A stretch of 64,000 bases of DNA, taken from assembly GCA_051294905.1 (NCBI GenBank), contig CM119373.1:34658001-34722000 (forward strand), written 5' to 3'. The notes below the pieces were generated by a model, which searched no databases, was not told where the DNA came from, and was given only the letters and a program-made list of their open reading frames with translations. Source of the stretch: Botryllus schlosseri. Lineage: Eukaryota. Shown in pieces: positions 46,917-60,145 of this stretch. Both the position numbers and the translations under genes were made by a program. Numbering within the stretch: position 1 is the stretch's first letter; each line of letters opens with the position of its first letter.

Positions 46917-48017
46917 ATGGGTAAAATATACACAGAAGGATCTCCCGTGACTGCTGACGACATCCCCAAACGTTGGAAACACACGAGGAGCGTTCGGATA
47001 CTGGGAGTTCTCGAAATATTCCTCGGTCTAGCCTCAATCGCCCTTGGTGCCGGGATATTGATATGGGTTATGACAAACTGTGCCACATGCAGCAACTTCG
47101 ATAAAATCGGCGCAGGCGTATGGGGTGGAGTCATAATACTGATCACCGGTATCACTGGTATCAAGATAAAACCTGATACCTCCGCATATGTGGTACGCAC
47201 GAATTTAACTTTCAATGTCATGTGCGGGGTCAGTATGGCGGCTGTTTTTGCCATATCTTTTCAATCTCCTAACGACTTAACCGGGGAGATGATCGGATAT
47301 ATGCATCAGTCAGTGTGTGGCGTATGTGCGTTGACTTTTGTAGTTTGCGTGTGCCATGTTGTGATATTCTGTGTCGCTATGTGTCGCCCTAGGCCTGTCA
47401 TCGCGATAATATATGAGAATCCAAGAACTGGAGAGCAACAAATACTGTACGAAGATGCGAATATGAGAACATACGAAGATGCGAGTTTCAGAACATACGA
47501 AGCCCAGCCATCACCAGATAGCTGTATATCCTCCCAACTTACACCAATACCTTCCAGAAGTGTTACGACTTCTTGCGCTAACGAAAGCATCACGCCTTTA
47601 AGCAAAAGACTGAACAGCACGCGTTCCAATCGAGTGTTACCTTATCAAGAAGTTATTACTTCTCCAACTGATGACACCATCGCGCCGCTAAGCAAAAGAC
47701 TCAACAGTACACGTTCAAATCGTGTGCTACCGCCTCAAGAAGTTTATCCCACAACGGAGCGGAGGTTTATGGGTGTTATCAACCAAATATCGCATCAACA
47801 ATCTGGATTGAACAGTCGACACTCAGATGAGGAAGATCCGAATCAGTATCAACGTGCGGTCAGGCACAACGAAAGCGTGGTCAAGAAGTCGTCGACGAAA
47901 GCGACGCGGGAGCAACGCGGGGAAAAACGTTCTGTGAAATCGAGTCGGTCTTCAAAGAAATCAAACGGACATTACAGAACGGATTCATTCCGCGCTGAGT
48001 CATTTTTTCGGTTTTAG
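46917..48017 (+). CDS. CD20/MS4A-like four-transmembrane protein, 366 aa, single coding exon, long tyrosine-containing cytoplasmic tail
   Basis: Four hydrophobic segments (ILGVLEIFLGLASIALGAGILIWV; IGAGVWGGVIILITGITGI; LTFNVMCGVSMAAVFAISF; VCGVCALTFVVCVCHVVIFCV) with the LG-x-x-E/Q-I-x-x-G and G-x-G-x-W-x-G pattern of the CD20-like family; acceptor TTGCAG at 46891-46896. Confidence 0.78.
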   Translation: MGKIYTEGSPVTADDIPKRWKHTRSVRILGVLEIFLGLASIALGAGILIWVMTNCATCSNFDKIGAGVWGGVIILITGITGIKIKPDTSAYVVRTNLTFNVMCGVSMAAVFAISFQSPNDLTGEMIGYMHQSVCGVCALTFVVCVCHVVIFCVAMCRPRPVIAIIYENPRTGEQQILYEDANMRTYEDASFRTYEAQPSPDSCISSQLTPIPSRSVTTSCANESITPLSKRLNSTRSNRVLPYQEVITSPTDDTIAPLSKRLNSTRSNRVLPPQEVYPTTERRFMGVINQISHQQSGLNSRHSDEEDPNQYQRAVRHNESVVKKSSTKATREQRGEKRSVKSSRSSKKSNGHYRTDSFRAESFFRF

Positions 48018-48845
48018 GTGCTTGTGGATTGTTGAATTGAAACCGTTGACCTCATCCGAGGAAATGACCAATTCGTGTGCTATAACTTTCCGAGGCTGGA
48101 CATAACAAGAGGAAGGTCAGTGACGGACAGGTATGGTCAGAAACGAAGCACTTCTACTTTTCAAAGTATTTCCAGCAGATTTTAACCACTCGCACTACTT
48201 CCATTTTTGTAGCCTCTTTTAGGAAAAACGACTGACTTTTCACTTCTTGGATTTCGTAAAATAGAACGTAGTTTTGTATATGCTGCATCGGTTTTATGGC
48301 TGAGATTGTAACAGCAACTGGTTGAAACAGTCCTTGTATCAAGGTAGCTGAATTTATGTTCTAATATTGCACCTATTTGTATAGTGTCATTAGTAGGCTA
48401 ATTTTGCGTTAGTGGCAAAGATGTACCTTCATTCAATTTCGATAGAAGCCACCTCTGGAAAGTATGCGCCCCCACGACTAAATCGTATCTTGGAAACTGC
48501 TTACAATTACTTGAGTTCTATTCGTATTCCTTCAAATTTCTACTCATGCTTGAAGCATTTTTAACGTGCTTTAGAAATCGCTGCTTGTATTTGTATAAAT
48601 GAGTAAAAATTTACGGTGAAACTTCTACCAGCGCTGACCACCTTTGATAATACATCAATTGGCGTGCGCTTCTCGCAATGGTCAGTGTCTTATTTATTCA
48701 CGTTTAATGTTTGTAAGAGATGATTGATTTTGTTTATGGAAAATGAAGGCACTGATTTAACATGACGAGACATACGTATATAGCAACTTGGGCACCAAAT
48801 TTGACCGGGGCTGAAAATACATTTATACCATTTTCATCTGAAAGC

Positions 48846-48876
<31 letters not shown>
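48846..48876. repeat. (TCA)n microsatellite
   Basis: About 10 consecutive TCA units. Confidence 0.9.
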
Positions 48877-51133
48877 TGGTTTATTAGTAATTTTATCAGT
48901 TCAATACACCACAAAAATGCGATACAATGAAAAGACAGGAAGATGTCGAAGCGACTTGGAGTAGTCTATGGAATCAGACACCCACCTTGACCTAGGCGAT
49001 GTGAAGAGGAGGCATGCACAGTTGCACACTGAATGAAAGTAAAGAAGATAGTATAGGAAAAGAAAGCGACAAAAAATAGGGCGGCATGTCATGGGTAGCG
49101 AGATCGACAGGTCAGTCGTGTTCCGGTAATCTTGAGGATGGACTGTATTTATTTAGTAGTAATTGATTGTATTTCGACTTGAATGTGGACATGCTCGTCG
49201 ACTGTCGCTAACCGTTTCTTTTGTTTCAGTAATGTCAGTATCATTATAGACAGTGCACTGGCACTAGTATACCCTTCATAAATCGCACTGTACTACGAAA
49301 ATTATCGTGCTTTCGGTTCGGATAATCGCTAAACGGCATATAGTCAATTTACTCGTTACGGTGTATTGTATTGTATTCACTGTGTATTGCGCCATCTTCC
49401 GGTGCCTCGTAACGCATAGGCGCCAATAGATAGTCAGCGCGTCACAAATGAGCAGCTCTTGGTTTAGCCATAAGTAGGGCTGCGCACAATGGTCCTAGTA
49501 TTAATTCAAATGATTCGAGTCGAGTATAGTGAGAGATTCACTTTATCGAGTTGCGACGCCACTAAGAGTTAAATTTGCCAACGAAAATTATACTTCTGAT
49601 AGTCCTTTCAACTGTGGAAGCCCTGAAATCTCAATTGGACGCGTCGCTGCACACGAAATTTATAGTGGGCCCCAGATCTACAAAGATACGCACATTAGTG
49701 GAATGACATATGTCTGAAGTGGTGATCAAACGCACAGAATTGTCACAAAGTGCAAAGGAAGAGGTATGATAGAAAAATAAGACCAAATTATCGACAATGT
49801 GACGTATAACTGGCAATGTATCCTTTGTGGTACCATAAGATGTACATTTTTGAACTGTTTACATATTTAATACTGTTCAGACGTCATAACGAGTGATAGT
49901 TCCATTCGACTAGAAGCCCAAACTCGATTCATCCATAAGTATAGTTCTGAAAATGGATTCAACACTAATGTACGTAAAGGGAAGTCTAGTGCGTAGGCGT
50001 TTGCTGGCATTTTTTTGGTAGTCCTTTTTTCGTTTTGTAATTTTATGCGAATTCTTTTTTTTCTTCTTCCTAATGCTACGAATTCAAGGATGAAACACGG
50101 CTAGCCCGCGCCTACCGGACATACCACTCGCGTACCGAATTGTTGCAAATAAGTATGGCTGGTATGGATGTAAAATAATATTTGCGGTGAGCCTAAGGCC
50201 GGTTTATATTGAGTTGACGCGAAGAGAAGCGAAGCGAAGTGAAGCGAAGCTGTAATATTGGGTAATGACCTTTTATTTTCCTTGTAATCAGTGAAATGTA
50301 ACAAAGACAACGCCAAAAGGAGTCACCTTTTGTTAAGATTTCTATTCATGGGCGTCGCGATCAATCCGTTCGATACCGAATTGTTGCCGCCAATTTCCGT
50401 TCCAAAACGGCAGTCAGGCATTTAGGTGACGTCCAGTCGATTACCCGCCAGTGAAACAAATGCTATATTAAAACTCGTGTGTACCTACAACTTATAGTCC
50501 GTATATTAGAATAACATTAAGCAGACGCACCTGGTCAATGCCGATAATGTATTTTCTGGGTTATGCTAATTTCCAGCTATGTTTTATGTCCATTCTCGGT
50601 AATGGCATAGGCCTACTCGGTAATTTACATTTTCGATTAAGTCTGAGCACAATCCGAGTACGCGAATCTGAGTCGTGCAATAATTCTGATGACTCGAGTT
50701 GAGTTAGTAGAAATAGATTTTGTTGGGGTAATGAAATTCGTCACTCTTTTCCACTAAAAGAGAATTCATCAACAAAATCCATAATTCCGTCACTATCTTC
50801 TACTGTGGAAACTTTGAAACCTCTGTATGTCTCATCGCGGCATCGACAGGGCTACGCCCACTAGTGTAAATTACATATTTGTGAAGTCGTGATTAACCCA
50901 CATCATTGTCACAAAAACACCAAGCGGTCTTCAATGTGACATAGAACTGGCATGCTAGTCTTTGTAGTATATTTCCACGTATTTTACAATGGGAATGGCG
51001 TCTAATAGCCAACAACCAATGACGACCAAGGGTTGCTGCTTGTAGTATTCATGGTGTTCTCCGACTACAAGTTACTACATGGTCATTTAGCCTATACACC
51101 AGGCCGATATTATGTTTTTCATTCTGCAACTGC

Positions 51134-52174
51134 TAGGGTTACCAGATTTTAGGAATATGAAAAGAGGACACTTTTTTAAAATTTCCAAACTTAGAATACC
51201 GGAGAAAAATCGGGAAAACCGGTAAATTTATTGGGAGTTTGTAGTTGTTTGACTAAAAAGCAAAACGCTATCACGTTTGTTCAACTCCCGATTTACCCAC
51301 TTTTTACTTAAATTTAGGGCGGATATAATAAAGTTAGCTGATCAAAAAGAATGGTAATCGTGTGTTTAAATACTGCTAATCGCGACGCATTAAGTTGGAA
51401 AAGGTTACGCGCGATGCGTAGTCGAGGTGTCCCGAGTTTTCAATCTAGAGGCGTTATATGTTACATCATAATGCGAAAACGCGTCATTGTCAATTGATAG
51501 AATGAAACAGTAGCCTGCTGATAAGTGATAAGCTGATAACGCTACTGCCACTGCAATAGGTAGAATTATCACCATCGCGAAATGAAAGTCGTGTCCAATT
51601 CATACGGTACAGCTAAGTAACGGATTTTAGAATATTGATATCGCTCTGCAATGGCGGGTACATAACTCGTTGATTGTTTAGTGAAGCCATTACATATAGG
51701 AGGAGACAGTCGCTACGGTCATTATCGGAAATATTTGTGCGTAGGAATGGTACACGCGGTGTATGCAGTTTTATAGATAACCAGTTATCTATAGTTTGTT
51801 CCGGTTTGTTAAATTATGAGGCTAACACTAACTTTATGCGCCGCGATCAACAGGTTTCCTTAATCCTGGGTTTATAAATCCTGACGAACGCGATAATCGA
51901 CTATATTGCTAATGCAACTTTATTATCTCCGCCCTAAGTGGTGTTGACTAAAAATAACTTCAATTTTCTGGCTCAACTCCCGAAATACCCGTCGGAATGT
52001 TGTTTGTACTGATTTCCTATATCTCGGCGGAATTTTAACATACATTTAACCAGAATTTTCAAAAAAGGGGACAAATTCTCAAAAAGGAAGACATTTGGGC
52101 GTCCTCCGAGGACACTTTCAAAACTGTCAAAAATGAGGAAACATCCTCTTAAAAGAGGGCGTATGATAACCCTA
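51134..52174. mobile_element. Non-autonomous DNA element with TAGGGTTACCA-type TIRs, inserted in a SINE copy
   Basis: TAGGGTTACCA / TGATAACCCTA (10/11 match); splits a minus-strand SINE (about 51030-52305); no clean TSD seen. Confidence 0.6.
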
Positions 52175-52726
52175 GTATATCTGCCTACTTATAGACTTAT
52201 TTCTAAGACACACTATACATACGCAGATCAGATGGCGAGGAGGAGCCTATATAAACCTCCAATACTTGTTGTAGCTGAAAATCGTACCACTATGCTATCT
52301 CGCCACATGTATGAGTTAACTGCATATCTCTAGAGTCTAGACCACCAAGAAGCCCCTGAGACTGGGCCTCACTCGTTCCGGCGTGTGTGTGGAACAGTGA
52401 AACCGAATGCGTAGCTGTCATTTTAATGCGTTTTATGAGATGATTTGCTTTTGTTAGCACTGATTTGTTAAACAATATTGGTACATGTACTTGCGTGTTC
52501 TAATATTAATGTATTATGCTCTCTCGGTTCACGCTAGCAGATTTACTTGTAGTCCTGATGTGGTGTTGACTTCGACATTTAAGGCCATGTTATATTACAA
52601 TTTACAATTATACATCTTCGGCTATGTTTGATGTTCATGCACTAAGAAGAATACAATTCATTAGTTTCCCGCGCGTTACCTTCAAGCGGGTTACTTACAT
52701 CTTACGTGAGTACTATTCGCCTATAC

Positions 52727-54226
52727 CAGTGGTTCTTAACCTTTTTTCTTCCAGCGCCCCCTTTCAAAAATTATCGTGCTCCAGCGCCCCCCCCCCAACT
52801 TCATATTGTAAGGAATGTAATAAAGACAATGAGTAAGAGGGAGGGCCGTAACAGCACTTCGTTAACCCCCTAAAAACGATTGCCTTGCGCACCCAGAGCG
52901 TGATAAACCGAACTTCTGAGGGCATCGCCCCCACGAACCCCATATCGTGATTTTGATGGTCAGCAAAGTTTGTGTGACCTGGTCGCCCTAGGTACCAAAA
53001 TTTTCCATAATGCATGAATGAATAGGTGGTAATCAGATTTACCAGTAGCACTGAGTGAGATGTTGTATAGGAAAATAAAGGGCACGTAATAAATAATTAA
53101 ACATATTCGGGCGTGCCCGCAGGTACAATTATTTGTTACCAGGGCCGTAACAGCACTTCGTCAGCCCCCCAAACAAAAAAACGTTGGTCCTGGGCCCCCA
53201 TCGGGTGATAAGCCAAACTTCGAGGGACTTCACTCCCAGACCCCAATTAGGCTGTCCGCTATTTGCTAATAGCCTATTAGGTATGTACATTTGGTGTCCA
53301 TTTACTGAGGCAGCTATTCTCGCCTATTCACGCGAAGTGCGAAAAATTTCACTAATTAATGATTGAATTGGTCAATATCATCGGGAATTGCATGTAAATT
53401 GAGATCAATTTTTATCCTCTCTCTGCTCGCGTAAACACATTTACCGGTAGAGCTGAGTGAGGTGCAATGTTCCCTCTAAGCTGTGCACGTGTGCAGCGTG
53501 CGTAGTGCTGACACGGTCTCTGCACACAGAAAATCTACGTTGTGCACAACAAATCCGGAGTTATTACCTTATTTTAGTCGTTACGCACTGTTGTCCAAGG
53601 GTCAGCGCAGTGAGTTGTTGAGTGTGCGCGGACTCATCAAAACTTAAAGCGAACATTGTGAGGTTTCTTGGAAACTGTACGGCCCGTTACTATTAATTAA
53701 ACATATTCGGGCGGGCGAACCCGTTGGTATGACTTCGTTGCATGATGTTATTTCGTGACCCCCTGTCTGCAATATCAAAAAATATAGAATCGCTCAACGG
53801 GGATATCGCCCAACAGGAATATCCCTGTCGCCCAATCGTACTAAACTAAAAGACGCACACGATTTCAGATTGGTATTTCTTCACTGACATATAATTTTTC
53901 CCTGTCACATGGAATTCGTCTTCTGGGGTTCAGATTGCCAAGACAGGAACATTCGGTGTCAGTCATTTAGGCGCCCATGGACAATTAAACCTATATGTAT
54001 TTTGAAGGCTATATGTAACGAAGTTTTCGGTGTTAATTTGCTCTGCATACTCATTATGGATATGTCCTATCACCACATCATCTACTGCGAAGCCATTTTT
54101 CTCCAGCGCCCCCCATACCGCCCCCCTGAGCCCAGCGCCCCCATATCGCCCCCTGAGCGTTTCCGCCCCCCTTCAAGATCGCCAGCGCCCCCTGGGGGGC
54201 GCTGGGGGCGAGGTTAAGAACCACTG
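52727..54226. mobile_element. Buster/Charlie-type hAT MITE, 1500 bp, containing further nested fragments
   Basis: TIRs CAGTGGTTCTTAACC / GGTTAAGAACCACTG; exact TSD GCCTATAC (52719-52726, 54227-54234). Confidence 0.92.
53465..53658. mobile_element. Small MITE nested in 52727-54226
   Basis: CAATGTTCCCTCTAAG / CTTAAAGCGAACATTG (14/16 inverted match); approximate GTGAGGT duplication on the flanks. Confidence 0.55.
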
Positions 54227-54651
54227 GCCTATACTCTCATACGAAGCAATTTTAACGTGTCTTAGAAATCGCTGCTTGTATTTGTAATCGAGTATAGAAA
54301 TACACGGCGTCATTTCTACTAATTGAGTTCCAGCTCCGGCAACGTCTGCTAATAAATAAATTGGCGCATATACTCGTCGCAATAAAACCTGTCCACATTC
54401 AGATCAGTGTCTATATTCATTCACGTTTAATGTTTGTAAGGGATGGTTGATTTTGTTTATGGAAAATGAAACGCACTGATTTAACATTATGAGATACATA
54501 TATAGCAACTTGTGCAACGAATTTGACCCGGGCTGAAAATATATTAAAATCATTTTTTTAAAGCTATATACCGTTTCTTTTGTTCCAGCAATGTGAGTAT
54601 CATTCTAGACAAGGCACCAGCACTATTTCCTCTTCAAATGACACTCTAGAC

Positions 54652-55407
54652 CAGTGATACTCAACCTTTTTGTCTTCGCGGACCCCCTTTGAACCGTTAC
54701 GAGCCCCTGCGGACCCCTTGAGTTTTAGTTCAAATTTAGCTCTATTGCCGTGCAATCGTCATATGTCTTGCGCAAATAATAACTGTAGGCTAGTGATAAA
54801 GAGCAACAAAATGACCTTTCTTGAAATTAAAATCATACTATCTATGTAGAAATTGGGAAGATGTTCATTATTTCAAAGCGAACTCTCTGGCTTCATTTTT
54901 TGAAATACACTACCGTGTCTCGAAAACCCGCGCAGTCGATTTGGCATGAACGAGTGCCGAAAATCCATTAATTTCCACAAGGACATGTGCTTGCGAATGT
55001 AATAAAAACGAGACCTTTGGGTCTGATCACAACGGCACCAATATAACGTCCAGCCTAGTCATTACTATGTAGCAGCTCATCTTGAAATTATTCTGGTGTA
55101 AATGTTCTGTATATCTCATGAGAAAATTGATTATTTTACAAGCGAGTTTATTACGAAACCCCAACAAAACATCTCTAAACAGCAATATGTTTATATCATT
55201 AGCCTGGCAATTTGGCGATTAAAATAAGTTTGCACAAGAGAATATTACATCTCAGGCGCCTATTCTGTTTACGTGGGTCCTTAAGTGTTGGCCGTGATGA
55301 AGCGAAACTGTTTCGTGATTTCTCTATAACTAAAAGAAAATATAAATTAGGTTATCACACATTTTGCAAATTTGGAGGTTTCGCGGACCCCCGGCTGAGA
55401 ACCACTG
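54652..55407. mobile_element. Charlie-type hAT MITE
   Basis: Ends CAGTGATACTCA / TGAGAACCACTG; exact TSD CTCTAGAC (54644-54651, 55408-55415). Confidence 0.9.
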
Positions 55408-56520
55408 CTCTAGACTAGTCTAGTACGAGCATTGTCATGTTTTTAGATAATCGCACACCAGTTCATATATAGTCAATCGTCTCGTAAAGGTGTATTTACT
55501 TTCTATTTCGCCATCTGCCGGTGCCTCGTAACGCATAAGCGCCAATAGTCAGTGTGTCACAAACGAGCAGCCCGTGCCCTGCACATCAGTTGGTCTGGGC
55601 ACAAAGATCCGAGCATTATTTCTAATGATTTGAGTCGAGAAGTGAGAGATGATTGCTTCGAGTACTGACATTATGCGTTCTTTGCCGCTAAGAGTTAAGT
55701 TACCAACGAAAATTTCCACTGTGGAAGCCTTCAAATCTCGACTGGACGCGTCGAAGCACGCGAAACTTGTAGTAGGCCCTACCACCACAAAGCTACGCAC
55801 GTTAGTGGAAATGGCATATGTCTGAAGTCGTGATCAACGCACAGCATTGTCACAAAGTGCAAAGGAATGGGTATGCTAGAAAAATAAGACCAAATTATCG
55901 ATGGTGTGACGTACAACTGGCGATACATCATTTACGGTACCGTAAAATGTACATTTTTGAACTTTTTACATATTAAATACTGTTAAGACGTCATAATATA
56001 ATAATAATCGTTGAGTTATATTTTCATCTGAACAAGACACACACAATGTACAGTGCGATAAGACACAATGCGATGTAATGAACAGATAGAACAGGGGCAG
56101 GCAACTTCTTCAGTCGGCGGGTCGGATTGACGAATCGGCTTATTCGCCCATTTATCCACATATACAAGAAATGAATCGTATTTAATGAATGTATTTTAAC
56201 GACAGCAACGTCATTTCTCGCCGATAATGACGAAGACAATGTGGATTTGCGAATAGCGTTGTCATACAGGCGCCACCATGTCTGGTTCTCTCTGATCAAT
56301 CAACTCACGGTGCATACCTTAATTAAGATTTTAAGGCGTTCGATAAGTCCAGTACCCCTAATTTACAAAGATATCAATTCACTAGGGTTGAGTAGGTGAC
56401 GAGATAGCGTCGTTGTTCAACTGTAAGGCCTAATTAATCTCGATATTGAATTCACATGGCCTGCGTCCTCTACGAAATTTGAATAGTGGCCCGCGACCCG
56501 TTTTGAGTTGGCAACCACTG

Positions 56521-56665
56521 GCATAAGCGGTGTCTTACAAAAGCCTATAAGTGTGCCGTGCTACGCTACATGTCGGCAGTTACGGAATCAAAAATAAGAA
56601 ATATCAGCCTGGTGTAAATGACCAGTGTATAGTCGATAAACACCACGATTACCACAAACGACATT
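56521..56665 (+). mobile_element. 5'-truncated plus-strand copy of the SINE body
   Basis: Matches the reverse complement of the 38100-38250 body (GTGTCTTA...TGTCGGCAG...GTGTAAATGACCA...AAACACCA). Confidence 0.65.
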
Positions 56666-58071
56666 AGGGTTGAGTACATCGTAAATGCCGATAATGCAAG
56701 TCTTCTCGCTTCCACGAACTTACGCGTAAGCTCCACTCTCGCACCTTGCGCAGTGCGCATACGCGTATATAATAACATTCAGTTACTGAAATTGGACCTA
56801 GTAAGCAAGTTGTGGGGAATATCGGCAGACTGAGGCCGCGGGCCACATTATCGTGTAAGACGTAAAACAGTCCGAGGGCCGGACAAAACTAGTCTCTGTT
56901 CCGCGGCGCTTTCTTGCTCTCTACATTTCTTCATTCCTGTCAGTGCGTTATTTCATACTTCGATTCGACCAGAAGCCTACAACGCGGCTCCGAATTGAAT
57001 TACTGTATGCGATTCGGCCAAGCCTTTCCCATGTGGTCCTGAAAACGAAATCAACATGAATTTACGGAAAGGGAAGTCTAGTGCGTAGGCGTTTGCTGGT
57101 AGATTTTTTTGGTAGGCCTGTTTTCTTTTTGTATTTTTTTTTCAAATTATTTTTTTTCGTCCATGCTATGAATTCACGGTTGAAACACGGCTAGCTCGCG
57201 CCTACCGGACATCCCGCTCACGTTCCTGATTGTTGCAAATAAGTATGGCTGGTACGGATGTAAAATAATATTTGCGGTGAGTATTATAGCGCCGATGACG
57301 CAACTGGCTGGAGCACTCAAGCTTGCCTGCAACACCTTTGCGTAAGAGTAAACACAGTCATGCATTAATTAAACATTGAACGGTCAACAGTACGCTCTCT
57401 GCAGCCCGGCAGTCAGATGACATCCGCAGTGCATTATCCGTCAGTGAAACAAATACTATTAAAACTCGTGTATTTGCAGGTCTTAGGATCGATTAAAAGT
57501 GTAAATGTTCTCCCAACTAGTAATAGCTTCCAATTCAGACCGTAGCAGGTCAATGCCGATAATGTCCTTTCTCGGTAATGCCAATTTCCGGCTTTGTCCT
57601 ATAGCCTATGTCCTGTCCATTCTCGGTAATAGCATTCTTGGTAATTTACATTCTCGATAGGGGGCCCGGCACAATGACTCGAGACTGAATCTGTGTTGTA
57701 TATTAATTTTAATGATTTGAATCGAGTAGTGAGATATGATTTTCTTTGGGCACAGAAATTCAACGCCTTTTCCACCACAAAAACTATAGTTTCGACATAC
57801 CAGTGTGTAAGCCTTGAAATCTCGATTGGTCGTATCGCGGCATTCGAAACGAGGCTATGCATTTCAGTTGAAATGACATATTTGTGATGTCCTGATCAAC
57901 TCTCATCATAGTCACAAAAAGCCAAAACGATCTTCAATGTGATATAGAACTGGCATTTATACTTTGTGGTATTTTTGAGCATTCCACATATTTTATGGTG
58001 GGAATGGCGCCATAATCAGTGATACCCGAATACTCGCGCCCAATAGCCTACAACAAATGATGACCGAGGCG

Positions 58072-58340
58072 GATTGTTGTTTGTGATATTCATTTTGTGC
58101 AAGTCACTACGGTCATTTGCACCAGGCCGATATTGTGCGTCCGTATCTGCCGACTTATTGTAGCATATCCCACTTCTAGGCTTTTTAAGGCACATTATAC
58201 ACGCAGATTGGAGGGCGAGGAGAAGCCGAAATAAACGTCCAATACTTAGGACGGAATTTCTGGAGTCGACCTCGGTGGCACTCGAATCCGCAACCCATTG
58301 GTATTGTAGCTCAGAATCGTACCACTATGCTATCTCCCCA
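58072..58340 (-). mobile_element. tRNA-derived SINE copy
   Basis: Minus-strand TAGCATAGTGGTA A box and GGATTCGAGTGC B box followed by GAGGTCGACTCC. Confidence 0.78.
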
Positions 58341-59544
58341 CACGGGGCCGAGATGGGCGTCTCATCGCAAACCATATGTATGAATTAACTGTGTATCTCT
58401 ATTCTCTAGACCACCAAAGAGCCCCTGCGACTGGGCCCCACTTGTTCTGGCGCGTGCGTGCAAAAGGTAAGGCGAGTGCGTAGCTGTCATTTTAATGCGT
58501 TTTATGGGATGATTTGCTTTTGCTGGCACGGATTTTGTAAACAATAGCGGTACTTGTACCTGCGTATTTTAATGATAATGTCTTATGCTCTCTCGGTTCA
58601 CGTGATCCGATTTACTTATTTACTGGTAGTGCTGATGAGTTGTTTGACTTCGAAATTTAAGGCCAGGTAATTATACAATTTACAATCATACAGCTATGTT
58701 TGATATTTATTGTTCATGCAATACGAAGAATACTATTCCTAAGTTTCTCGTGGGTTACCTTCAAGCGGGCTCACTGTTATACATAACTTTGCAAAACAGG
58801 GAAATTATTTCGCGACCTCCAACAAAGAAATTGTGGCTGCTTCCATTGGTAATGGTATCGCTCACACCTATACGAGACAACGCTCTCCTCGTCCGCTCAC
58901 GCAGTTGCGCCACAATTAGATTATTTTCCGTTACACTGGTTACTTGTGACTCTTATATTTTATATTTTTAGAGGGAATGGGGTGCCCATATCAATATCCC
59001 GAAATCCATAGTGACACTAAATCGCGACCAAAAAATTCGCGATGAATAAATCTGCGGAAAATCATACTTTTTGTTGATTTACGAAAACTATTGCGTCATA
59101 TTGTGGGTGGTGATCTTTTCTTTTAATTGAGATCAGTAAAATGGAAAAAAGACAACGCCAAAAGGAGTCGCATTTTCTTAAGATTTCTCAGGCATTCAGA
59201 TGACATCCAGTCCATTAATTACCCGTCAGTGAAACAAATGCTATACTAAAATTCGTGTGTGCCTACAACTTACAGTCAGAATATTACAATAACATTATTC
59301 AGACCGCACCCGGTCAATACTAATAATGTCTTTTCTCGGTCATAATTTCCAACTATGTTGTACGTCCATTCTTGGTAATAGCATATTCGGTAATTTATAT
59401 TTTCCATTATGTTTGAGCACAATGATCCGAATACTCGAATGTGAATCGTGCATAAATTCTAATGACTCGAGTTGAGTAGTAAAAATGCATTTTGTCTGGG
59501 TACTGATATTCGACGCTCTTTGCCACTAAGAGAGAATTTATCAA

Positions 59545-60020
59545 GAAGAACGTTAAAGCGCTTGCAGGAACGCATGAATCAGCATGTCCCTAGATTCATT
59601 AGAACACGTTCGGTGAAAAGCTCACCCTTAACTCATCCGCTCAAGATTGATGCGGAACAATCAAAGGCCATAAATTCTGCAATTGGCAAACACTTGTTGG
59701 ATAATCCCGCCTGTTCGAAAAATTATCCAGACGACGGATATCGCATACTTGGAAAGGGTCGTTCACACTTTCATTTGTGTGCCTTGGAGTCGAGTTTTAT
59801 CAAAATACACCGGCCAAGGCTGTGTCCACAAAAAGAGTTCGTGTATCATCTAAAAATAGTACATTGAACGCTCTCGTATTCGACATTTCATGCTGGAGAC
59901 GTCATATTTTGTGCTCCGATTGTTGATATACGATGTTATTTTGAATTCTCTATTAGTTGCTGACGATTACCCCTGACGAGTGTCAGCCGAAATAGTTGGG
60001 TTCATTTCAATATCAATATA
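59545..60020 (+). mobile_element. 5'-truncated Penelope-like retroelement: C-terminal GIY-YIG endonuclease region and 3' tail
   Basis: Translation RTLKRLQERMNQH...SAIGKHLLDNPAC...YRILGKGRS..HL..LES.FI...RP.LCPQKEF matches the PLE GIY-YIG pattern (R-L-x-x-R-x-x-[EQ]H ... SA-x-x-x-H ... LE ... P-x-L). Confidence 0.8.
59959..60003 (+). ncRNA. Candidate minimal type I hammerhead ribozyme in the Penelope-like 3' region
   Basis: ACCC-CTGACGA-G-TGTCAGC-C-GAAA-TAG-TT-GGGT: both core boxes, 4-bp stem I, 1-bp stem II and a 6-bp pseudoknot; stem III irregular. Confidence 0.5.
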
Positions 60021-60145
60021 CTATCAAATTACATATTTTATAGTGGGAATGGCGTCAAAATCAGTGATACCCGATTACTAACCCCTATTAGCCTACAACC
60101 AATGATGACCGAAGCGGATTGTTGTTTGTGGTACTGGTGTGCAAG

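Noticed and set aside
46850-47629. Antisense ORFs over the MS4A-like gene
   Set aside because: Shadows of the plus-strand CDS with no independent features
49975-50130. Possible Helitron/HINE-like end (CTAG plus a small CGCCTAC inverted repeat; second copy ~57065-57210)
   Set aside because: The hairpin and both termini could not be defined convincingly by eye
56092-56520. Complete MITE with CAGGGGCAGGCAAC / GTTGGCAACCACTG ends
   Set aside because: Flanks show no TSD, so the two ends may belong to different elements
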